A stretch of 63,960 nucleotides of DNA, the filler included, from Ionaspis alba (taxonomy: Eukaryota): the NCBI GenBank assembly GCA_964255285.1. It is 9 parts of 9 records of this genome, joined end to end, with 100 filler letters (N's around TTAATTAATTAA, not from the genome) between each part and the next. Parts side by side here need not be neighbours in the genome. Positions count along the whole stretch, not along the records: positions 42,830 to 49,830 come from CAXUUL010000867.1; positions 49,931 to 56,906 come from CAXUUL010000868.1; positions 57,007 to 63,960 come from CAXUUL010000869.1; 6 more parts are not named here. One strand, written 5' to 3'. Position numbers and translations under genes: made by a program. Each line of letters starts with the position of its first letter. Position 1 is the first letter of the stretch. The notes below the pieces were generated by a model. The model had not been told where the DNA came from. It made no database searches and saw only the letters and a program-made list of their open reading frames with translations. Shown here in pieces: positions 47,720 through 59,722 of this stretch.

Positions 47720-49572
47720 ATGTCGCTCTCAACACAGATTGATACGCCCGCTACAGGCAAATATGAGCAGCCTACTGGATTGTACGTCATTCTATCTACC
47801 CCACTCTACACATTTGACTGGAGCCTTGCCTGTGGCACACGATTGAGAATCAACTACTGTTGCACTTCTTTGCCATCAGAATCACTTACACCTTCAGGTT
47901 CATCAACAACGAATTCGTCAAATCGGTAGACGGAAAAACCTTCGAAACCATAAACCCCTCCACCGAGAAACCCATCTGTGCCGTCCAAGAAGCCTCGGAG
48001 AAGGATGTCGATATTGCCGTCTCAGCAGCCCGGAAGGCCTTCGAAGGAGAATGGCGACACGTCACACCCGAGCAGCGTGGCAAATTCCTCATCAAGCTTG
48101 GAGATTTGATTGATCGGGAGGCAAAGACTCTTGCTGCTATCGAATCGTTAGACAATGGCAAGGCGCTGAGCATGGCCTCCGTCGACGTTGGTATGGTTGC
48201 TGGATGTCTAAGATACTACGGAGGCTGGGCAGATAAGATTGAGGGCAAGACCATCGATACCAACTCCGAGACTTTCTCCTACACAAGACAGGAACCCGTA
48301 AGTTCTACCGGTAGCCGAGCATGCATTTTCCCATCGACTGACATTTTCGACAGATTGGTGTTTGCGGTCAAATCATCCCATGGAACTTCCCGCTCCTCAT
48401 GTTAGTACTATCTTTCACCCTTAAAGCATCTCAACTGCCATTAACACTCTTTCTCCTCCCAGGTGGGCATGGAAGATTGGCCCCGCAATCGCCTGTGGAA
48501 ACGTCGTCGTCCTCAAGACCGCCGAACAAACCCCCCTTTCCGGCCTTTACGCCGCCAAGCTCATCAAGGAAGCTGGCTTCCCACCAGGAGTCATCAACAT
48601 CATCTCCGGCTTCGGCAAGATCGCCGGTGCAGCCATCTCCTCGCACATGGACGTCGACAAAGTCGCCTTCACCGGTAGCACTGTCGTCGGTCGCCAGATC
48701 ATGAAGGCCGCTGCTGGCTCGAATTTGAAGAAGGTGACGCTTGAGCTGGGAGGCAAGAGCCCGAACATCGTCTTCGACGATGCTGATATCGAAAATGCCA
48801 TCTCGTGGGTCAACTTCGGAATCTTCTTCAACCACGGCCAGTGCTGCTGTGCTGGATCGAGAATCTATGTCCAGGAGGGTATCTACGACAAGTTCGTTGA
48901 GCGGTTCAAGGAACGTGCTGGGAAGAACCAGGTCGGCGATCCTTTTGCCAATGATACTTTCCAGGGTCCTCAGGTCTCGCAGCTGCAGTATGACCGTATC
49001 ATGGGGTAAGCTCGGATTCCTAATGTTCCTTCGCGTGGGCTGTGGGCTGACTTTCCTCCTCAGATACATCGACGAAGGTAAGAAGGCCGGCGCCAAGGTT
49101 GAGATCGGAGGGGAACGACACGGCAAAGAGGGTTACTTCATCCAACCCACCATCTTCTCCGGCGTCAGCGAGGACATGAAGATCATGCAGGAGGAGATCT
49201 TCGGCCCCGTCTGCTCCATTGCCAAGTTCAAGACCGAGGAAGATGCGATCAGAGTCGGAAACGGCACTACCTATGGTTTGGCTTCGGCTGTTCACACTTC
49301 GAACTTGAATACCGCTCTCAGGGTCTCAAATGCCTTGAGGGCTGGAACTGTCTGGGTGTATGTATTTCCTTTCTGCCCACAATTACCAGTGGATGCAGTT
49401 CAGAGACTGATAATTTGGCTACAGCAACTGCTACAACATGCTCCACCACCAGCTTCCCTTCGGTGGTTACAAGGAATCTGGTATCGGACGGGAGTTGGGT
49501 GAGGCTGCGTTGGCCAACTACACGCAGACGAAGACGGTGTCGATTCGTCTTGGTGATGCTCTATTCGGTTGA
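47720..49572 (+). CDS. aldA: NAD-dependent aldehyde dehydrogenase (AldA/ALDH2-like), five introns
   Basis: [33 protein letters not shown], catalytic [36 protein letters not shown]. Confidence 0.96.
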
Positions 49573-51969
49573 AATGGTATTGTAGCTAGGCAACCGCTCA
49601 GAATGAAGGCGCAGAAACTCCTGGATGTACTGTAATTTTTGGAGTAGCAATGCCATCGATGATCAACAACATGACACCTTGATTTCTTAGAGCCAACAAT
49701 TATGAGATATAAAAACGGGAGAGCTAATATGTGGGATTTGTTTTGTACCTATGTTCTTAACGACTGATAGGGCTGAGCATATCCCCGTCTAAAGTCCGAT
49801 TGCCATCACCTGTTTGACCTCGGGCTCAAANNNNNNNNNNNNNNNNNNNNNNNNNNNNNNNNNNNNNNNNNNNNTTAATTAATTAANNNNNNNNNNNNNN
49901 NNNNNNNNNNNNNNNNNNNNNNNNNNNNNNACCAGAAAATTATTCAACACTATAGTAAAGTGCTATTTTGATATCTGGAGCCACGTCTACCGAGAGAGCC
50001 GATCAACGGACTGCCCGGTTCACATGCAAGCTGGAGTGGCACCACCACGAGCCCGCCACACAGCTCAGCCTCAACCGACCACTTAAGCTACCGCGGCATG
50101 ACGCACGAAAGGATATTGTTAGTAACACACGATCGCGACATGGAACGGCACATTTTCTCCTTCCAGAAAATGTGCGTGCTGCAACGCATCATGTAAACGT
50201 ACAATCATCGGCCTCATGCAGAATCCTATTCCTCGGCGCGTACCGCAACACCTGAGAATCTTGCGGGGAAAGAGAGAGGGAAGGGAGTGGGAGAAACACA
50301 TGACCTTCCGTTCCCAGAGAGAGAGCCAGAATGCAGCCATCGGCAAAGCTTGCGGCACCCCAGTCAGCCCAATCAGCGATCGTAGCAGGGATGTTGACGT
50401 AGTCTCATTTTGCCATGCCAAACCCCACCAGCGAATTGTTGTGCAGAAGACCTCCAAGGCCGCTGACCCACCTGACTGGGACCGCCCTTCCTGATCCCCA
50501 CACAGCTACCCTCCTTTGTTGCTCCGGAGGCGTCGACTGGCCATGAGTGAGTCTTTCGCAAATGATCCATCCCACGGCCATGGCAGGAGGGAAGAGACGA
50601 GAGAAGCTTCGCGGGAGGGGGGAGACGATTCCGACGAATGTTTTGACTCCATGGAGATTGAATGCCCGTCTGTGCTTGCGTAGGGGGCTGACAGGTACAG
50701 GATCTTTCGACTCTATCTTCCGAATGTTCATTCGAGTGCATGGCGGCGCCAGAGATTCGGGGATCTGAGACATCCTACAAAAAGGAATATCGTGGGTCTT
50801 GAGACGGCTAATCCACCATCTGCCGCCCTCCCAGGTGCTCTATTCTAAACGCAAGCAATTGTCTTGTTTGCCTTGATCTTGAGGCCGAGAAATGCGTAAG
50901 CTGTGCGTAGGAGATGCGCGGAAGAACAGTCACATGGTCGCTGTCTCGCGCTTGAAGTGTCAACGAGGATGGGAATCGGGGAATGCACCACCCGCCACGG
51001 CAAGATCAGCGAGATCATGACCAACACTGTTTGACTGCAGCAACAGTGATGACGGCGATGGCGAACCATGCAGTGATCCTACCCATTATTCTCATGTCTC
51101 GATTTGAGATCACACTTTGCACATGGAGATCTATGCTCTTTCACCACTGGAACAGTGCATCGTAGTCTCGGGCATATCATTCCTAGACGAGACATATAAT
51201 TTCAAGACCCTACGAACCACAGCGTCCGCCATCGCTAGCAGCGACGAAAAGGCTTCCAAGCCAGAGGCGAATGCTGATATAGCAAGGTTCGCGATTAGAG
51301 TAACTAAATCTTAGGTGCATGAAGAGAGCAGCTGGAAACTGGGGTGTCCACGGCGGGCTTCCTTCCTTCGTACCGAATGAGCAAAGAATGGAAAACAGCG
51401 CTGCCTCAGCGCGCAGCAGCAGCATTAGCAGCAAGCCAGGCGACGCCGGACCGGCCATTTCTTGCCCTTCTAGCTCGATTCTTAGCACATCCTTCTATTC
51501 CCTCTTTTGCCCTCGCACTGCAGCAAGCACCCCCGTTCGACGTGCAGAAACGGGGCCGCGGTCGCTGGGAGAGCCAGCCAGGACCCCGGTGGATTTGGCT
51601 CTCTCTTGCACTCACTCGGAATTGGGTCGCCTGGCCCTTCTACTATTAAGAGTGCTTGGTGTCCCTCACCTATCCCATCTCCACCCACCACCCACGACCT
51701 CCTCATCCTCTCCGACTCTCACCAGCTTCTTCGGTGCTGTTCTCCCCCCACATCACCGACTCTTTTCACCACTATTATCACGTCTAATTCTCTTCTCACC
51801 TCGTCTTTACTTATTGCTCCAATCCTATCAGGCGTGCAACATTGATCCCTTGTCTCGGGGACCGCCCAAAGTAATCTATTATTCCACTCTTATTTTGTTT
51901 CGTTTCATCCACAAACCGCCCTCTACCATCTGTCGCATATAATCAATATACAGTCAGGACGTCTTCGCC

Positions 51970-53034
51970 ATGCCTACAGTACTGCTCTCGAAGTCGGCAG
52001 CAGCCTTTGCGCCTCGATCATCTCCTAATGTCGTGCTTAACACCAAGGTAGATCCATGGTTGACAGCAACGCTGAAGAGGATAAATCGCATCAAAAGGCC
52101 TCTGAACAGTGTCCCTCAACATTACCGATGTCTTACCGAAACCCTATCTGCGCCAACAGCCATATGGACGCTCTGCTCGATCATGTTGCCCAAAGCGCCA
52201 GATTCGGAGTTACGGAAGGACGAAAACCCATTGATTGAGGCTCTATTCAATTACCAGCTCGTCCACATCGAAGCATACGTCGTGCACGTCGACATGGTCT
52301 CACAGAACGAAGTCGCCTTCAAGCTTACGCCAGAGACGATCGAGTCCCTCGTCGAGTACCACAAAGACATCTACTCAGTCGACACATCAGCGAGTACCTG
52401 GAACTGGTCAGAGAAGGAAGTTCAGCTCAAAAAACTCCAAGAAGATTTCGTCCAAGCAGCCAACAAGTTCGTCTTCCGCACCAACGCCATCGCTCTCGAA
52501 GGCCTAGAAGAAGACGGCGGCGGCGAACTGCTCTCCGGCGGAAGCGAAGAGGTCAAGACAGCCATCATGGGCCTATTCTTACCCCTCCTGCCTCCACCCC
52601 CACGAGTCGTCGACGTCGTCCGTCCCGCCCCTCTCCTTCCCAGTTCCACCGGCGCCGAAAACTGGTGGCAGCCATCGCTCCCTCACTCCGCGCCTTCGGA
52701 ATCCTGGAAGATCGTGCCCTCGAGTCCGAGCACCACCTCCTCGGTCGATTCGAACTCAGGCATGTGGGCCAACATGAGCTTGAGCGAGCTGCAACTCCCT
52801 TCGCCCGCACCCTCGTACAGCCAGCCGTTTACGACAGCTTGTTATAGCGCGCCGCAATATTACAGCGCGCCCATGACCTGTGCGCCGATGGTTCCGCAAT
52901 TGCCTATGCCGAGCATGCTCGCGCAGCAATGCGGGACGACGGCGGGGTTTGGTGGGTATGGGAGCTTTGGGTGGGATCGGTACCAGGAATATACCATGCC
53001 TGCTTATACGATGCCGTTTGCGACGACGATGTGA
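51970..53034 (+). CDS. Hypothetical protein (354 aa, intronless), resembling a conserved Pezizomycotina family of unknown function
   Basis: Long clean ORF with good start context (GCCATG), ordered N-terminal domain and Pro/Ser-rich tail. Confidence 0.8.
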   Translation: MPTVLLSKSAAAFAPRSSPNVVLNTKVDPWLTATLKRINRIKRPLNSVPQHYRCLTETLSAPTAIWTLCSIMLPKAPDSELRKDENPLIEALFNYQLVHIEAYVVHVDMVSQNEVAFKLTPETIESLVEYHKDIYSVDTSASTWNWSEKEVQLKKLQEDFVQAANKFVFRTNAIALEGLEEDGGGELLSGGSEEVKTAIMGLFLPLLPPPPRVVDVVRPAPLLPSSTGAENWWQPSLPHSAPSESWKIVPSSPSTTSSVDSNSGMWANMSLSELQLPSPAPSYSQPFTTACYSAPQYYSAPMTCAPMVPQLPMPSMLAQQCGTTAGFGGYGSFGWDRYQEYTMPAYTMPFATTM

Positions 53035-54480
53035 TNNNNNNNNNNNNNNNNNNNNNNNNNNNNNNNNNNNNNNNNNNNNNNNNNNNNNNNNNNNNNNNNN
53101 NNNNNNNNNNNNNNNNNNNNNNNNNNNNNNNNNNNTTTTTTGTCTATCATTGCGTTTACTTAGCGAGCGTTTGCTGTTAATTTCCCCTCTATCGTTTTTA
53201 TTGTGTTTATCTGCTGCATTGCGAACCGGCTGGGTTTTGGAACGGTCGTTTTCATCATCATCATCATTCATCATCGAAGAATACGAAGCAACGGAATCGC
53301 TGGGTGGTTTCTAGTCGCTGCATTACATCTAAGATGGCGGGATAAGGCCTCGCGGCCGGAATGGGTGGAGCGGGTATATCTGCTGTTTAATGCGACGCTT
53401 TTCTTTTTTGGCGATGGTTGTCGCGGTTGGAGAACGCTGTTCGTGGACCGAGAGGGGCGGGAGTGGCGAGGTCCATTTCCTGCCCTTTGGTTGGGTGCTG
53501 CGATGGTGCGATCTGGCTGTTGTGTTTCTCACTCTGGTTCTGCGTGCGGGACTGGCTGGCATCTCTGTTGCAAGTGATGGTGGGAGACTGCGACAACGCA
53601 CACACCTGCTGTCTTGTGTCTGGTATGCAGGGTAGGTGTGGTTCGTTTCGCTACGAATTGGTGGATGATCAGGATACTGAAGGGTGGATTGCGGGATCTG
53701 GTACTCTGCCTGTGGCGGATGCTAGGAGGGAGGATCTGGTGTCTTCCTTTGCTCTGTGGTCTGGTCGACGGTGGACTGGTTGAAGCTGATTTGTGCGGAG
53801 CGAACACATATTGTGGGTTCATCGCCTATGCCCTGGCCTGTGGTCGGGGAAGCTGTCTCGCTGTGCGGGATGGTGAAAGATGCTGGATGGGAAGCTGCGC
53901 TTCCTTTTCTAATTAGTATTAAATATAATAAAAACACGTGAACATCGATGGCTTCTGGTCATAAATATTGACATGACTCTTGATCAATATGCCTGAGCTC
54001 CCTCATATTCAGTATAGCCTCTGGACCTCCTATCGGCTTTAGTGAATCTCGAAGTCACTGTCGTATTATGGCTCACGAAACTTGAAGATCATGGCCTCGG
54101 CTCCACCTGGGCTTCGTGTCTTGGAATATTTTTAGCGGCGATGACATAGGAGGCATCCCCGCTAAAGCTTGTTCCTTTCATATCCAAGCTTCGTGCCTGA
54201 CTTGACCTTGCTGATGGAGCATGCATGGAGCAAGAATTTGTAGTCATTTCACAGTGTCCGTGCCAGATCAATTTCTTCTCTTACTAGGTCATCATCATTA
54301 CAATTCAATCAATTCGACCGTAATTGTCCACACCTCTGTTGATTTTATAACTCAACTGCAAGAGAAACATCCTCCCCCGACCAACAACACCAGCCACACT
54401 AGCAGGACCAGCACCAATTGAATAAGAAATGCAATGATACCAGCAAATCTCTTCATCTAACCTTCACCTCGCCATCAAGC

Positions 54481-56672
54481 ATGGCAGCCCTCCACCAAGC
54501 CCTCCAAACCCTCGGTCCCACCTCCTACGATACCGTTCCTACCAGCGACCCAGAACTCAAAACCTTCCTCCAAAAAGCCTTCGCCTCCTCCCAACTCCTC
54601 ATCGACTCCGTCCCCCCACCATCTCTCGACCCCTCCACACCCACCACCCCGCGCTCCCGCGCCAACACCACCACCTCAAACGCCAGCAATATATCGTCGG
54701 TCTCCGCCTCCTCCGCTCGGTCCGAACCCCCAATTCCAGAACATCTAGCATTGCAGAAAGAATGGGGGAGGCCGATCAAGTTGTCGGCGAAGGAGAACCC
54801 GCTGGGTATGGCGGTGTTTAAACTTGCGGGCAAGGATGGGAGGGGAGCCTGGTTTGCCCGGAGGAGCGTGCATGAAGGTGGAATGGGATTTGATCGGTGG
54901 AGGAGTGGGCTACAGAGGGAGTTTCCGGAGAGCTTGAAAGTGCAGGGAGGCCCGGGAGATGGGAATGTGAGGGGCATTGGAGGGGAGAAGAGAGTTGAGA
55001 GGAGGGAGGTGCCAGGGGTGGGGTGTATGGAGGGTGAGTATTGGTTCTACAGGAGTCTAGGGTGGTGTTTACTGACTCGGGGGTAGTATATCATCTGTCG
55101 GCGCAATTTCCGGGACCGACCACACCGAGGGATTTTGTCACCTTGCTGTTGACTTCTTCGGCTGCTTTGACTCACCCTTCATCTCTGGCTGCGCCAGCGG
55201 AAGAGCGAGAAAAGGAGCTGCCGAGGTTTAGCGATTTCCCACGGCATTACATGGTCATCTCGAAGCCGTGTAAGCATCCGGAATGTCCTGAGCGCAATAG
55301 CTTCATCAGAGGACAGTACGAGTCTATCGAGTTTATCCGAGAGATACCCTTGAGGCCTAAGAAGTCGGTTTCTTCGTCAGATCTTCTAAAGTCCAGACGT
55401 TCAGGAGGAAAAGAAGGGCTTGACCGGAGGCAATCGAAATCGCTTGGCATGTCTCATCCCGGTAGTAGCGATTCTGAGTTGAGGAGTTCGTCCCGTCCTG
55501 CAGTAGTCCGACGTCCGTCAAGTGCAGATGGGCGGATATCGACTGACGGCCGACCTCGAGGCAAAACGATATCATTTGCTGAGTCGAGAGGCACTACAGC
55601 CAAAGGTGAAGCTTTCGATGTCCCCAACGATGACTCTGACGGCGAGAACGAGATGAACCCCGTAGAATGGATCATGATCACCCGTAGTGATCCTGGTGGC
55701 AGCGTACCGCGATTCATGGTCGAGCGGGGTACACCCTCAGCAATTGTAGCAGATGGGCTGAAGTTCGTTGAATGGTGTGGCAAGCGGAATATAGAAGAGG
55801 AGGAGCAAGACCTGGAAGACACACCCGCAGCAACATCCACCAAAAGAGACAGCCTAGCAGCCTACGAAACAAACGGCCATCTAGCAGGTCTAGAGGGCAT
55901 GCCTGACACCTCTCCCCCTATTCCAATCGCCCACCAAGAAGCAACCACAAACGGCACACCCGCCCCTCCATCCAATTCCCAGCCGGGTCTTTTCTCCACA
56001 CTGACTTCCACCGCCTATGCCTACACCCCTCAAGCCATCCTCGACCGGTTGCCCTCACAAACCACCACACCCCAAGCCTCTACGTTCCCCATTACCCCCA
56101 CCACAGCAAAAACAGCTCGACCACCGACCCTCTCCCGCTCCCCCTCCACAACCTCTACCCTCAGCACTCTCTCCTTCGCCAGCGCCGATTCTCACCTCTC
56201 CTCGACCCCCTCCACCAAATCAACCGCCGCCCTATCCTCAGCTTCAAAAATGGTTTCCGCGAGTGCGAGTACTCGATCCAAGAATGCGGGCAAATTGACA
56301 CCGCAAGAGAAGGAAGCGGCAAGATTAGAGGCCCAGAAGCGAAAATTAGATGATAAGCTCAAACGCACCCGCGAGAAGGAGGGCAAGGACAAGGAAGTGA
56401 TCGGAGAAAAGGAAAAGGAGAGGATCAAGAAGGCGGAAGAGAAGCACGCGAGGGAGGTGAGGAGGGCGGAGGAGAGACATGCGAAGGAACTTGCCAATAT
56501 TGAAAGGAGGAAAGAAAGGGATGTTAAAAAAGAGGAGGAGAGGCACAAGAGAGCGAAGGAGAAGGATGAGAAGAGTAAGGTTGAGAGGCAGAGGGATGAG
56601 GCGATCAAGGGCAGGGAGAAGGCGGAGAAGGAGTTGGAGGCGTTGGGGGTGGATGGGGGAAAGGATGGGTGA
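54481..56672 (+). CDS. DUF3074 (START/SRPBCC-like) protein with C-terminal coiled coil; intron 55034-55086
   Basis: WFARRSVHEG, YHLSAQFPGPTTPRDFVTLL, IRGQYESIEFIREIP, NPVEWIMITRSDPGGSVPRFMVERGTP, and a K/E-rich tail. Confidence 0.88.
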
Positions 56673-57076
56673 GGGGATGGAGAAGGTGTAGGATGGAGAA
56701 AGGGTGTAAGATAGTTCTGGGAGATGGTTTTGTGTATAGCTTGTGCATGGCCAATTGCATGGCTGTTTGTAGCTTAGTGAAATCATTTCGTGCTTTGGAG
56801 TTTGATCACATGTGTTGCTGCGAAACCAGTTGTGTGATGGTCAGGTTTGTGATAGCATTGTCTAGGGTTTATCTCGTGTCGAGTTGTGGGAGAAGGTTTG
56901 CCTGTANNNNNNNNNNNNNNNNNNNNNNNNNNNNNNNNNNNNNNNNNNNNTTAATTAATTAANNNNNNNNNNNNNNNNNNNNNNNNNNNNNNNNNNNNNN
57001 NNNNNNCACCAAGCTTTACATCTCTTCTTTGGAGGAAAATCCGCAAACTCATGTTTCCTGTGCTACATGAGCAGTC

Positions 57077-59722
57077 ATGGCTTTTCCCTTGATCTCTTCG
57101 AGTATACTGTCTTTACATGTCCATCTATTGCTTGCGACTGCGTCGATACTGCTCTTTGTGAGCGGTATCTTCCTACTTGTCTTCTGGAGGCCCAAAGCCT
57201 ACCAGACTGCTATTGCGGAGCTCTCCAGCTATTGCAAATTTTTCTACGTTAGCTTCTTGAAACCACATACAGGAGACGGCTTGGATGGCCAACAAGGAGC
57301 TCTCGAGAGCTTCTACAAAGCACAGGTATGCTCATGCGTCGTTATTCATTGGCAATTGATTGACGGTACCAAATCGACAGGCAGATATCTACGATGTGAC
57401 TCGAACACGGCTCCTTCGAGGTCGTGAAGATATGTTGGCTTTGGTTGCCGCTCAGCTCAGATATAAAGAAGAAAGAGGGGCGTGGCCCAGCAAGCGACCG
57501 GTGTGGGTAGACATCGGAGGCGGCACAGGATGGAACATCGAAGCAATGCAGGCATATCTCAACGTCCAAACTTTCTTCTCGAGAATCTATCTGGTGGACC
57601 TGTCACCGTCTCTCTGCGAGGTTGCCCGGAAACGATTTGTACGTCTTGGCTGGATTCATGTGGAAGTTATTTGCCAAGACGCTCGTCTGTTCAGTCTTGC
57701 GAGATCGCAGGTCGACCTTATCACATTGTCGTATAGTCTCAGTATGATCCCTGATTACTACAGCGTCGTTGACTCCGTATCGCATCTACTTGAACCCAGC
57801 GGCATCATTGGCGTTGTAGACTTCTATGTGCAAAGCGTCGTGGAGACTAGTGGAAGGAATTATACCGGCGGCTCTCTTCAACGCCATGTCAACTGGATAG
57901 GGAGGTCTTTTTGGCGAGCATGGTTTGATCTGGACAGAGTTGGGCTCGAAGGTGCCAAAAGAGTACAGCTTTCTCCTGCCTGTGATGGATTATTTCGAAG
58001 CTAATCAAAACAGGATTATCTCGAGTATCGGTTCGGTACCCTGAAATCCATGGATGAAAGAAATTATTTGCTTGGTGGCATTTGTATTCCGTACTATATC
58101 TTCCTTGGACGACTCGCGACATCGACTACGAGAGATGGAGATTTGATTGGGCGCTTGGATGCTTTGTGCACGGAGTCGCCATATCTTTCTCCTCGGCAAC
58201 ACCGCCTCGATATGTCCCGAGCCGTGGATTACTCTTCCACCGCCCTAAGGTCCAAAGCATGTCAATCAGCTGTAGTGAACCTGAGCGCCAACCTCCCTTT
58301 ACCTTCCAGTTTCTATCAAAACAATCACCATCGAATCTATTACGACGAAACCCTTCCCAAACATACCCAATTCAAGAACGATTTCATATATGCTTTCACT
58401 TGGGAAGATTCCAGAGTTGATCGGCGTTTGCTCAATATCAATTCGGAAGATGTGGTGTTGTGTATCACGTCCGCTGGTGACAATCTCCTGGACTATTTGT
58501 TCTCTGCCGGTCCAAGACGCATCCATGCCGTCGACCTCAACCCAAGCCAGAATCATCTTCTCGAACTCAAGATAGCTGCATTTCAATCGCTCCCATACGC
58601 CGACTTCTGGAAGATGTTTGGGGAAGGCAGATATCCTGCTTTTCGAGAAGCTCTTATCAATTCCTTGTCTCCACATATGAGTAGTCAAGCTTGCCAGTTT
58701 TGGCTCAGTCACACGGATACCTTCACTTCAGGGAGAGGTCTGTACGAGCAGGGAGGATCTGGACATGCGATCAGACTTGTGCGATGGCTACTGTGGGCCA
58801 CTGGTTTGAAAGGCGCTGTTCAAGCATTTTGTGGTGCGAAGACGCTCAATGAGCAAAGAGAACTGTGGCCAAGCATACGAAGGGTGTTGATGAGCAGAAC
58901 CCTCCACTGGGCCGTCCTGGGCTCGAAGCTCTTGTGGAAGGCCGCCGGAGTACCACCTGCACAGATGGCAATGATCCGTGAAGATTACTTGGACCAAGAG
59001 ACTCTTAATCCTTTGCAGGTACATCTTACCGACCCAAGCGCGGAGGGCCTTTGGCAGTATTTGATCAATACGCTGGATCCTGTGGCTCGAGAGACTCTGC
59101 TCAGTGAGGACAACTTCTACTACCTTCTGACCCTGATAGGAAAATACACTCACAGGTAAATTACAGCTCCAATTCGTTGACATTGTCATTTCGCTAATTC
59201 GATGCCCAGGTGCCATCCACCTTATTTGTCGGCGAGAGCCCACGCTAAACTTTCGCGTCCCGGTGCATTTGATGGTCTTCGCATCCACACGGATGAGATC
59301 AACGAAGTGATTGCTCGCATCGCACCAAAGAGCCTGACAATTGCCATTGTCATGGACTCTATGGATTGGTTCAACCCTACAAGCGATGAAGCTGAGACAC
59401 AGATCAAAGCTCTCAATCAAGCATTGAAGCTCTCGGGAAGAGTCCTGTTACGCTCGGCAGGGCTTAAGCCTTGGTACATCCCGGTGTTTGAGAACTTGGG
59501 TTTCACGTCGAAAAGAGTGGGAGCAAGGCTGCCCGGAACATGCATCGATCGGTATGTCTGTCATTGTTTCCTGTAGAGCTTGACTAATTCTGCAGGGTCA
59601 ATATGTATGCCAGCACTTGGATCGTGACAAAGACTCAGGATATCCTTCTCTCAGAGAAGCATAAATCATCATTATCCATATCCAGCACTACGTCTCCTAC
59701 TCTGGAGAAGCTGGAGATATGA
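57077..59722 (+). CDS. BTA1: Betaine lipid (DGTS) synthase: BtaB-like methyltransferase fused to BtaA/DUF3419; four introns
   Basis: N-terminal TM segment, LESFYKAQ|ADIYD.TR.RLLRGREDML, WVDIGGGTG, SYSLSMIP, IYAFTWED, ITSAGDN, AVDLNP.Q, MDSMDWF, DR|VNMYAS. Confidence 0.93.

Noticed and set aside
14399..59722. Apparent phosphate-response cluster (PHO85, BTA1, phosphoesterase)
   Set aside because: The genes are on different scaffolds joined artificially, so co-occurrence is chance.
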